Below are positions 11,771 to 23,700 of a stretch of 64,000 bases of DNA, piece after piece. Position 1 is the first letter of the stretch. Each line of letters begins with the position of its first letter. The translations under genes were made by a program, and so were the position numbers. The stretch is taken from assembly GCA_965112735.1 (NCBI GenBank), contig OZ218964.1:1-64000 (forward strand). Direction: 5' to 3'. Origin of the DNA: Phaeosaccion multiseriatum. Lineage: Eukaryota; Protista; Ochrophyta, other classes. Below the pieces are notes generated by a model, which ran no database searches, was not told the DNA's origin, and saw nothing but the letters and a program-made list of their open reading frames with translations.

Positions 11771-14700
11771 TACTGGTGTGCTTAACCTCACACCTCCTGC
11801 TGATGCCTGCCACGCCATTTCCCGTGTCGTGGCGGCGATTTCGCTCGGCAGATACGCATCCGCCCACAGATCCGGAGCTTCTCTCTTACCCACCAGATCT
11901 GCCTCGAACTCTCCATCAGCGCCGTTGCGACTGTGGGCGCTTCGCGACATACGCACCGCGGGCACCCCTTCGAGCAGCACATCGTCCGTCTGCTGCAGCC
12001 CGGGACCAATGAGAGTTCCCGGATACACGCCGCAAGCACGGGGAAGAGACGCCGAGGCAGCAACAATGGATCCTGCCCCTACCGTCACCCTTCGGCCAAC
12101 CTGAACCTTCTCAAATAGAACACAACAGGTGGTGCTTTCCTCGCTGTGAGCTGGAAGCGCCCTCCCTTCTTCCACGCTCCCAGTCACGCTGTAATCAAAG
12201 GGTGTAGACGCCGAGTCGTCTGCCCCCGCTGTCGCTTTTCGTCCAAGAAGGACCTTCTCAAGCAGACTACAGCAATTGGTGCTTTCGTCACTGCGAGCTG
12301 GAAGCCCCCTCCCTCCTTCCACATGCACGACTCGTCGGGCATCGACCACGCAGTCCCTATCCACAACGCTTCCTGCCCCCAAGTGCACCAAATCGAAGCT
12401 GGACAGGCCATCCGTTGCAAGCACCACCGCATCTTTGCCCACTTCAGCTCCCATAGCTCGTAACCACAAGGAGTGTGCTGCAGTGCCAGCGAGGCCGTTG
12501 ACACCACTCTGTCTGGCTACCTGCGTGAAGGTAGTGCTGAACAAGTCTCTGTGGAACGTCACGCCCCCGACCGCCGCGTAGCAACCTGCGCGAGCTCGGC
12601 CAACGACGCCCCACTTGAGCACCATAGCCCACACAATCATAGCCATGCTGAGTGACAAGACGATCACAGGCGACGTGACCAGAGCCAGCCACCTACCCAA
12701 CGCAGTCACAAGCCACTGGGCCAACAGGGTGCTCACGTACACACTCGTGAATTGAAGCAGAAGAATGGCAACAGGGCCCACGATGGAGTACAACATGGTT
12801 CCCGCACCAGCCCACCGCGCGAGTCCCCCACCCGCCCGTGGCTCCTGCTGCTGCCCATGCCGCTTGTGGAGCTTGACTCGCACCACTAGGTCGCCACTGC
12901 GAAGAGTTCTCTGTCGCACCGTCGGATCGAAGGACGTCGATGACGACGCACACGTCAATGGGCCGACCAAAGAAGTGTCGCAAAGCTCAGACCCCGGACA
13001 CAGACAGGAGCCTGGTGCTGTCACCGCACAAGCTCCAATTTTGACTGTCCCTGTATATCCTTGCGCCCGGGTGGCGAAGCTCCCCGACGCCACAGAGTGA
13101 GGCCCCAGATCTAGCAAAGCAGGGTCCAGCACAGGGGAAGGAGCGCTCACTTTGGCAGTCCAGGCGACGCGAGCGCCCAGAGAACGAAGCCATATGACCA
13201 TGCCAGGCCCTCCTGAGTGCAGAACCATGTACCGGGGGTACACCAGTCGCATCATCACGTCGACAGCATGGACCTCTTGCCCCGTGACGCCGCGGCCACT
13301 GCTGCGGCTGCTGATGGCAGCAAGGGCTCCCAAGCATCGCCTCAGAGCGACACTCATGGCGGTCATGCAGATGCCCGCAACTGAATAGGACAAGGCCAGA
13401 ATCAGCATTGGCTTCGCCAGATACTGTTCCGTTGTCAGCTCCTTCAGCGGCGCGAGAGTGTCCACAAAACCAAGGGCGATGGGAAGCAGCGGCACCAGCG
13501 CCAGATCGAAGGTGGCGGCACATGCAGCCACGAGGTAGCCCACGTCGAGGGAGCGATAGTCCGGCACGTAGCGTCCAAGCTGAGGCACGTACGTGAAAAG
13601 GCCCCACGCTTTACTCATCTCCCCCCAGACAAAGTACGCGGGTACACTCGCGGCCACCATGCAAACTGCGGCCAGCGCGAAGCCAACCACAGTCCTCATG
13701 ACGTCTTTCACGAGTGTGGCTGCAGGGTCATTCACACTGGGCAGCAGGGAGCTGCTCCCCATCCTATCAGCATTGTCGTCGCACTGCTTGGCCGGAGAGC
13801 CCCCCCACTCTGTGCAAGGGGCAAGGAGCCCACACCGCCCGCTGACCACCGTGGACGGTCGCAAGCGCACCAGTTCTCCCATGGTTGTGCCTCCAAACAC
13901 CTGAGACGATGCCCCCAACACGCAATCTGCGCCAACGGTGATTTGTCGGAGAAGGAGATGGCGGTCCTCTATCACCGCAGGCCGAACCCGACAAAACTCC
14001 TCCACAGTGGACTGCCGCCCCAAGTGCACCAAGTCGAACTCCGATACCGACACCGAATGCAGGCGACACCCATGCCCAATCTTCGCTCCGAGTGCGCGAA
14101 GCCACCATGTCCACACCACACTCCCATGCAGCGGCAGCCGCTGCAACGCAAAGTCCGTCACGCGATCCACAAAGAGCCAGCGGAAGTAGTACCCGCTATT
14201 GATGGGATAAGACCCCGCCCGGTACCTGCCGATGACCACCCACTTGGTCAGCGTCACCACCACCATGAGCAGAAGAGCCCACGAGAGGAAAGCGAGAGGT
14301 ACACAGGCCAGCGCGGTCCACCTGCCCCACTTGTCTAGCACAATCGAGTCAAGGGCGATGACAGCGGGCAGCGCAGACGCGGCGACCAGCAGCGAGCTGT
14401 AAACCATCGCCACGATGCCCATGCAGAAGCTGACAATGTCGGAGGAGGACGAGCCAACGTAGTCAGCATCCCTGCCGTCCAGAGCACGGTCACCATCTTC
14501 TCTCTCGTCAGCATCCCTGGCGTCCAGAGCACTGTAGCCTTCTCTCCTCTCGTCCTCCCGCACAGCAGCGGCGTCGCTGGAGTCTGCTTTGATCACCACG
14601 CCCACACCTCTATTGTCTTCTAAAGGAAATAAAAGCCCCAGTATATGCCGCGCGATATCTGACGGTGTCGGGTGTTCGATCAAAATCGAAGGCGGTAGAC

Positions 14701-17700
14701 TACAGCCGATCCACGCGGAGAGTCGGTTGACAATCTCCACCGAGGCCAACGAGTCCACGCCGGCCTCCATTAGGAGAGTGGAGTCATGAATCAAATCATC
14801 TTCGTCTCCGATGCAGTGCTCCACAACCTGCTTCACCTTGTTCACAACCATTGCTTGGCGCGCCACCGGTGTCAGGTCCAACAACTCCTCATGCAGCTCC
14901 GAATCTCCTTCTCCTGCTTCCAGATGCCCCTTTACATCGCCCACAAGCTCTTCGAGCATGGAAACACGCCCACCTCTCGTGGCCTTCCCATACTTGGCCC
15001 AGTCCATCCCAGGCAGGATGGACACATCGCCCAAAGACGCTGAAGACGCTGACGACATAACAGCAGCGTCTAAGGCAGCCATGCCCAGCTCAGCTGACAC
15101 CATGCCCACGCCCGCAAGCTCAGACTGCTTTTGAACGACATCGAGCTGGGCGGCCATACCTATGTCAGCCCACGGCCCCCACTGCAATAACGTCCCTGTG
15201 AGCCCGAGGTGTCGCCTGTGCCGCATCAGCCCATCCACAGCAGCGTTCGCCGCAGCGTAGTTGGCCTGTCCAGCGTTACCCAGTACTCCGGCCATGGATG
15301 TGAAGCACACAAAGAAATCCAGGCTTGAGGCGCGATCCTCCTCCCTCGACCAACCCAAAGAAAGCTCGTGCAAGTTCACAGCTCCCTGCACCTTGGGTCG
15401 GAACACCTTCACCACGCTCTCCGTCGTTTGCTCACTCAGGATCTTGTCGTCCTGAACCCCGGCAGCATGCACCACACCGCGTACAGGTGGGAGAGACACC
15501 AGCACAGCTCCAGGCAAGCCCGAAGCGCCTGGGCGTCAGCCACATCACAAGTAGGGGTGTGGATACTCAACACCGATGTCTTCTGAAGCCGCTGCCACTG
15601 CTCATTCATACTCTCGGTGACCTTTCCACTCCGCGACAGCAGCACTAAGTGACGAGCGCCCCTCGAGGCGAGATGCTGGGCCGTCACGAGGCCAAGAGCC
15701 CCCAGACCGCCGCTGATGACATACGTGCCATCGGACACCACTGGCACACCATACGAGGGGTTGGTCAGGACCACCTTGCCGATGTGCTTCGCTTGGCTCA
15801 TGTATACCATGGCCTTCTGGGTATCCTCCCTCATGTCAAAGAGTATGGTCGGTAAGGGCTTCACATTGCCAGACATGCAGTCATCAGCAAGACGCTGCAG
15901 CCCGCCACTGATCCAGCCCGGCTCACCCGCCGACAAGTCAGACTCAATCATGCTGTCCAGTGCCAGCAGCTCGTACATCACATCGGACCGGGCGGTGCGC
16001 ATCTGGTCGTGATTCCACACGCCTCGCTTGCCAATCTCGACGAATGTACCACCCTCGCTTAGCATGGCCAGCGAGAAGGGAATGTAGTCGTCGCTGAGAG
16101 AGTTGAGCACCACATCGACCTTCACCTCCCCCATGGACAGCTTGAACGCCTCTGCGTCTCGCGATGACGCAATGTGCTCCACTCCCAAGCCCCGGAGGAA
16201 GTCATGCTTCACAGCAGCACCAGCAGTGGCGTACACCTCTGCGCCGACCCGCTGAGCATACTGCACGGCAGCAAGGCCCACACCGCCCGATGCGGCGTGA
16301 ATCAGCACCTTCTCTCCAGCCTTGAGGTCGTGGAAGGCCTTCACCACCGTCAAGCACACGGTGGGAAGTGCAGCGGCCTGCTCGAAGCTCAACACGGCCG
16401 GCATCACAGCCAGACACGCATCACTCGTCGTCATATGACTGCGCAAACATCCTCCGTCCGCAAAGCCAAATACTGCGTCGCCGACACGGAAGCGCGAGCT
16501 TCCTCCGACTCTGATCACCTCCCCGGCGAACTCGGAGCAAGGATCCCCAGGATCGCCAGGGTACATGCCAAGCACATTAAGCACGTCCCGGAAGTTCAGG
16601 CCAACAGCCCTGACTGCCACCTCTACGATGCTGCCAGCTGGGTCAAGGAGCTCATGTTTGGCCACATCAACATCATCGCGAAGGAGAAAGGCATTGGCTA
16701 TACTACCTCTTGCCCTAAGCTCCAGGGAAAACGGAAGATTCAAAGCTGGGCGTGAAAGCCGAGGCATCCAGCACTGACCATCGCGTACCCACACATCTTC
16801 TGTGGTGCCAGGGAAGGCCAAGCCTAAGGCAACCTCGCTGTCTGAGGCCTCCTTGTCGCTCAGGTCCACCACGCGAATCTGCATGTAAGGGTGCTCCATC
16901 CTTGCAGTCCGCACCAAACCTGCCACCCAGCTGTGACGCCAGTCCTCGCCGCTTTCGACGCCTCTTGTCAAAACCGTCAGCGGCACATTTGACGTAGTCG
17001 ACAGGCTCCTGAGTAGCGATATCAGGGCGTAAGCCGCTCGTGCTTGCTGGCCCCCTTCTGCGTCTTCTTCGCCAGCTCCGGGTATCAGCACGTACAAGAC
17101 GCGAGCCCACTCGTCCTCACCAAGAGGAAGAGCATCATCATCCCCGGAGACGTCTACCCCCCCATATCGAGTGTGAACGTGCACGTTCTCCGGAACGCAG
17201 CGCCGCACTGCGGCAATGATTGCAGTCTCTCCCTCCCTCTCGTCCTGTGGAATAACCACCAGCCACTTCTGTGGCGCCGCCGCCTCAGCAGGGTCAGTAT
17301 CACTACCACGGGCCTCCTCCTGTGTAGACGGTTCAGCAGCCTGCCACTCCAATGCGTACATTGCACGACGAATGGGGCTGACACGCACAAAGCCCCTCGC
17401 CCGCTGCACACGGAAGCCCCGCATCTCCACGAGCACCTCTTTGCTGTCGAAGTCTGCAATCACCACGTTGAACTTTGCGCTGTCCGCCACTGACTGGACC
17501 TCACTCAGTTTCGTGTGCACCCACACGTTCTTTCCCGTCATGAAGGCGGAAACAATCATCTCGTCAAAGCCAGCAGGTAGGAATGGAGAGCTCCCCCCCT
17601 CCTTGAGCAGCTTCCTTGGCAGCGCTTGCATGATGGCATGGGTAGCATTGTCCAGCACCGCGGGGTGCAGAGCAAAGCCCTTCATCTCCCACGGCTCGCA

Positions 17701-20700
17701 CAGCTCCTCATCCAGGGCACACACGACTGACAGAACCTCTCCGTCCCCTCCGTACATGTGGCGGGTCCGCTGAAAGCGGGGGCCGTACTGGAAGCCGGCG
17801 TCTGCGAAAGACTTGTACAGCTCACTCGATACGTCATGCTCGCCAACTCTAGCTCGAATGGATTCCACGTGCAGCGAAGTACGCGCCGTGCTTCGCTCCA
17901 AGACAGACACGTGCTTCATTCTTGCCGTGGTGCCCTCGTCGCCCGTGGCACCTCCGAAGAAGTGCATACTTCCATCTGCCGCGTGAAGGGCACTCATCCC
18001 GGCACAAACCATTGTATGACGGCTTTGCGCATGGTCCGTGCCGGCCTGTTGGAAACCCTCAATCTCCAGTGGAACCACAAAGCTGGCTCCTTGCAGGACT
18101 ACCTGCTGCTCCACCCCAAGCTGTCTGCCTCCTAGAGCAGCGACGACGCCCACTTCAATGTACGTCACCCCCGGAATGATCACCGTATTGTTGACGGCAT
18201 GGTCCTTGAGAAGGTCCTTGAGGTGAGGGGAGAAGGGGCTGGCGAGCCGCATTGCGTCTCCCTCTTGGACCACCTCACCACTGGGCATAAACGCCAGCGG
18301 AGGCTTGTACCAAGGAAATGATCGGCGAGTCGGATAAAGCTCAAGATGCTCCGGCCCCGTTACACTGCCCAGAGCCGCTGCAAACGAACCCCCAGAACTC
18401 TGCCCCTGCGTGAGGGAGGAGATCCATGCCAGCCCCTCGCGACGCTCCCACTTGGCTCCCATGTTGCTCAGCACAGGGTTGGGGCCCACCTCAATGATAC
18501 TCAGGCCAGCCTCCCTCTCGTCTCCCATCCAGTGCTCCACCAGCGTGTGGATGCTTTCGGCGAACAGCACAGGAGACAGCATATGCTGTACCCAGTACGC
18601 GGCCTTTGTCACCTCCTCCCCTCTCACCACCTCGCCCGTCACGTTGGACACCAGGGGGATGCGTGGGGCGCTGAGTGACACCTGCCTCAGAGCCTCCTCC
18701 AGAGCGCGTACAGCGGGCTGCATCAGAGGGGAGTGGAAGGCATGCGACACCTCCAGGCCCTTGCAGCCCACCCCATCTGCCGTGAGCTTCTCCACCACCT
18801 TGTCCACAGCGCTGCGAGCTCCAGAGATCACGCTCGCGCTCGGTCCATTCGACGACGCCAGCACCACCTCCCCTGCCCCCCCCGCAGCGTCGATGCTTGC
18901 CAAAGTCGCCGCCTTGCCTGACCTCACTGCGAACATCACTCCCTCGCCCTCGGGGCAGGCCTGCATGGCGGCTCCTCTCCTGGCGGATAGCATCAGCCCG
19001 TCCTCTAGCGACATCACGCCGGCCACGCAAGCCGCCACTACCTCGCCCAGGCTGTGGCCCATCACCATCGAAGGCTCCACGCCCTCCGACTTCCACAGCT
19101 CGCACAGGGCGTACTCCAGCACAAACAGGCACGGCTGGCAGTAGCGGGTCTCCTTCAGCAGCGCTTGTGGAGTCTCCTCCTCCTCCTCAGCGGCAGCAGG
19201 GTACAGGAGCTCCACCACAGATTTGTCCAGCCAGGCCCGCTCCATAAGCAGCCTGCTGCACCGCTGCACGCACTCGCGGAACACGCCCTCCTTCTCGTAC
19301 AGCTCCCTGCCCATGCCCACGTACTGCGAGCCCTGTCCGGTGAACAAGAAGACCACGGGTGGGTTCTCTCTGCTGCACTTCTTCTTCCACTGCGACAAGG
19401 TCTCGCTTCCCTCAACCATCGTTGGTCCGAGGCTGCTGAGCACAGCATGTGCATTGGTACCTCCGAATCCGAAGGAGCTAATGCCGAGAACCACTGATCC
19501 ATCGGAATTGATGGGAATAGGAGTCACGCAAGATGGGAGCAGGACGGCGAATCCCTCGACGTCAAGCTCGGGGCTTTGCTCCGTGAGGTGCAAATTTGGT
19601 GGAGCGGCCTTGTGCTGTGCCATCAGCACGGCTTTGATGAGTCCGGCAATGCCTGCTGCTCCCTCCAAGTGCCCAATGTTTGTCTTGAGCGCCCCAACAA
19701 TTAAAGGCTTTGTCTCGTCGCGGTCGTGGGCAAACACTCCTCTGAGAGCGCTCATCTCGATGGTGTCGCCGAGAGACGTGCCCGTGCCGTGCGCCTCGAT
19801 GACGCTAACGTCGTTTGGAGATAGCCCAGCGTCGAGCAGGGCGTTTGCGATGAGCTGCTTTTGAGCACCAGGGTTCGGAGCCGTCATCCGCGCGCTGGCC
19901 CCGTTATGGTTCACAGCCGAGCCTCGCAGGACAGCCAACACCTCATCTTTGTCGGCCAGGGAGGCATCTAGGCGCTTCAGCACGATAACTCCGCACCCCT
20001 CGCCTCTGACGTAGCCGTCGGCCGTCTTGTCAAACGTTTTGCAGCGCCTGGGAGGTGAGGGCGGACGGGGGAAACAGGGGAGAGGTAAGGAGACTGGAGG
20101 AGAAGAGTAGACTTGAGGTTCTCACTCTGCCGTCCTGAACGAAGCAGTCATCAGGTGCACACTCTTTACATCCACCTGATGGGTCATAATGCTCACTTGC
20201 TTACTCCCTCACTCCCTTCCTTCCTTCACTCCATCCTTCCTTCCTTCTCTCCTTCCTCCATCCTTCCTTCCGTCCTTCCTCCCTCCCCTGCCTACTTCCC
20301 ACTCCTTCCCTCCCTTGCTTCCTCTCTCTCCCTCCTTGCCCCGTCCCCCCCCGCCACCCCCCCTCGCTTCCTCTCCCTCCTTCCCTCCCCCGCTCACTCA
20401 CTCACTCACTCCTTCCTACCCTCCTTCCTTCCCTCCCTCCCCCTCTTCCCTCCCTTCCTCTTTCCTTCCCCCCCCTCCTCCCCCTCGCTCACTCACTCAC
20501 TCACTCACTCACTTCCTTACCCGTCTAGCGACAGAAATCCTCCTGAAGAAAGGAGCTTGAAAGGCGCCTCGCTCAGCAGGAGATTCACTCCGCCGACCAC
20601 CGCCGCGTCACACTTGCCCAATCGGAGGCTGCTGCAGGCACTGTCCAGGGCGACTAAGGAGGACGAGCACGCCGTGTCCACGGTTGAGCTGGGCCCATTC

Positions 20701-23700
20701 AAGCCCAGCGCGAAAGAAACTCGGTTGGCCAAATTGGACATGGAGGCCCCCGACGCAGCGTACACGCCATCACTTTCACTGGCTGCTCCTCGGTTCGCTT
20801 TGGCCTGCAGCCAATCGCTCCCAGCGCACCCAATGAAGATCCCTGTCTCGCTCTTGCGGAGACTGCTCTTGTTATAGCCTGCCCTGTGCAGCGCCTCGAA
20901 GGCCACCTCCAACAGCACGCGCTGGTTGGGGTCCATGCTCTGCGCTTCTGCTGACGAAATGCCAAAGAAAGTGCTGTCGAAGAGATGGATGCCCTCGATA
21001 AAGCCTCCTCGCCACTCCTTCGAGCCGCCTCCCCACCTGTCTGCTGGAGCCGTAGAGATGCAGTCCAAACCCGTGCAAAGCATACGCCAGAAACTCTCGG
21101 GTGAAGTCACTCCTCCTGGAAAGCGGCACGCCATGCCCACCACCGCCAGCGGAGCTCGCATGCTTTGAGGCCAAGTCGAGGTGTGGCTCAGCTCTCGCGC
21201 TAGGCCGGGGGTGCCTCCTTTTCCCATTACCTCGCCATCCAGCCAGCCCGCGAGCGCCGCAATGCTCGGGTGTTCAAAGAGCACATCAGTGGTGGCTGTC
21301 ACCCCCAAGTCGGTGTGAAGGCGATTGCGCACCTCCTCAAGTGCCATCGAATCCAGGCCTGCTTCCATCAAGGGCACATTGTCGTCCAGTGGTGGCATGT
21401 CTGCATCAACACACTTCAACACGACTGCCTTGAGGAGCTCCAACAGAGTCCCGTGGCGATCCTCGGGTGACAGCATAGAGAGAGTCCCGCGTAGCTGTGA
21501 GAGGGCGTCTCCAGCTGGGGGAAGGGCAGATGCAGGACCCACGCCACCGCGTAGTGGTGTTGCTATCTTCGGGAGGGAAAACTTTCGCGACGAGGGGAAA
21601 CCCCGCCACGGGGTGTCACCTCGCTCTGCTGCACCTTCGGGCCTTCTGTCGCCGTAGCTACGCAAGATGACGTGGGCGTTGAAACCACCAACAGCATAGG
21701 AATTGATGGCTGCGAGCAGCGTCGAGCCGTCGGAGCAGTAGGAGGACAGCGGCGTCCTTCGGGTGGGCAGCGTAACGGGCACGCCCTCCAGCTTGAGGTT
21801 GGGATTGACCTCCTCCAGGTGAAGGTTGGCTGGAGCTACTTGGTGCTGCATCACCAAGACGGCCTTGATGAGCTGAGCCATCCCCGACGCGCCCTCCATG
21901 TGGCCCAGAGTAGTCTTCACGGTGCCCACCACCAGGGGTGAGGCCTCAGGCCTATTGGGGGTGAAAGCCGCTCTGAGAGCGCCTGAGGAGGGAGGGGAGG
22001 ACATGAATGAGCTTTTCTTCAATCTGTCTCACCACAGCATCTTTCTTCGAGTTGAGAGGAGAGAAGGAGCTTACGATGATGGCCCAACATAAATGCGCGC
22101 CTCCTTCTACGTACCCAGTTCGATGGCATCGCTCATGACGGTTCCCGTGGCGTGGGCCTCGACGTAGTTTACTTCTCTCCCCTCGCATCCTGCCTGCCGT
22201 AGGGCGCTCCTCGCCAAGCTCTGTTGGGCGGCTCCCTTGGGGGCGGACAGAGAAGTGCTGACGCCGTTGTGGCTGACAGCCGCTGCCTTGATGACGGCGA
22301 GGACGTTGTCTTCATCCTTGATGGCCTCGCACAGGAGCTTAAGCACGACGGCCCCGCTGCCCTCGCTGCGCACGTAGCCGTCCCCGCCCACGTCAAAGGA
22401 CTTGCAGTGCCTGTGGAAGAGCATGGTGTGGAAGTAGGAGGAGAGGAGTCCGGGGAGGAGTGCAGGCACGTTCGTTAGGTGAGTCCAAAGCTCCGGTCGA
22501 GACATTCGAATCCAGGCAAGCCAACACAGAGAGGCTTCTCTCTGCACGACGAGACCTTACTCCTACAAAGTCAACAGTCAGCGAAGGCGACTTCATTGAC
22601 ACGGTACATTCCAAAGAGAGCGAGGCGCAAAAGCAAAATTTCTCACCCTTCTTTAGATAGAAGCCCCGCACTGGCCAGGCCGCCAAAGCCTTGGTCGTGG
22701 AGCAGCAGGTTGACCCCGCCAACCACGGCAGAGCTGCATTGCCTCAGTCTTAGGTTGTTGCAAGCGTTGGTCAGGGCCACTAATGACGATGAGCATGCTG
22801 CATCTACGCTTTCGCACGGCCCGACAAGGCCCAGCGTGTGCGAAATACGGCCTGCGAAGCAAGCTCGGCTTGCACCTGCCAGGGTATACGCGTTGGGAGA
22901 CGCACCACTCGCGCCCTTGCGCAGCACCGCGGACCAGTCGCTCCCTGCCGCGCCCACAAACACGCCGACTCGGTGCCCTTCAAGTCTGTGCCTGCCCTCG
23001 TAGCCGGCTCGATGCAGAGCCTCATACGCCACTTCGAGCATGATGCGCTGGTTGGGGTCCTGGGCCTCCGCCTCAGCGATGGACATGCCGAAGAATGCGT
23101 TGTCGAATGCTTCCACGCCGTCGATAAAGCCTCCTACGTATGATACGGGGAAGGAAGAGTGTCCAGAGAGGATTAGTGGGGCATTGAGAAGCACTGCAGA
23201 GGAAGGGATATAGGCTGAGACGCAAATTTCGTGTGCAGCATGGTAAAAACGCACCGCGCACTCCCGCTCCCAAGCCTCGCTCAAGAGGCGCATCGGTGAC
23301 GCAGTCTTCCTCATTGCACAGCTTCGTCCAGAGCTCTTGCGGGCTGTTGCAGCCACCAGGGAACCGACAGGCCATCCCAATGACTGCAATGTCGCCGCCA
23401 CCGTCGGAGAGGATAGCTCCCTCGCCAGCGACTGACGGGGACAGTCCTTCGTCTCCCTCGCCCTCTCCAAACAGGGCCACCTCTATATGTGCTGCGAGCA
23501 AGGTGGGTGTCGGATAGTCGAAGAGCGCCTCGACCCCAATCTCGAAGTCCTTGTCACCCCCCTCCTCCCTCGTCTCGCTGCCGAGAAAGTCCTCGAGCAT
23601 CACCGCCAGCTCGGCCATCATCACTGAGGTCATGCCCGCCTCCATGAAGCGGTCGTCGGCGGTCAAATCCTGATTCTGCCTCACCTCCACGGCAAACACA

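Noticed and set aside
11231-19864. Numerous plus-strand ORFs overlapping the PKS
   Set aside because: Antisense shadows of GC-rich coding sequence with no recognisable motifs.
11126-19983. Treating ORFs 11126-15517 and 15436-19983 as two genes
   Set aside because: The break falls inside one KR domain and a single base restores continuity.
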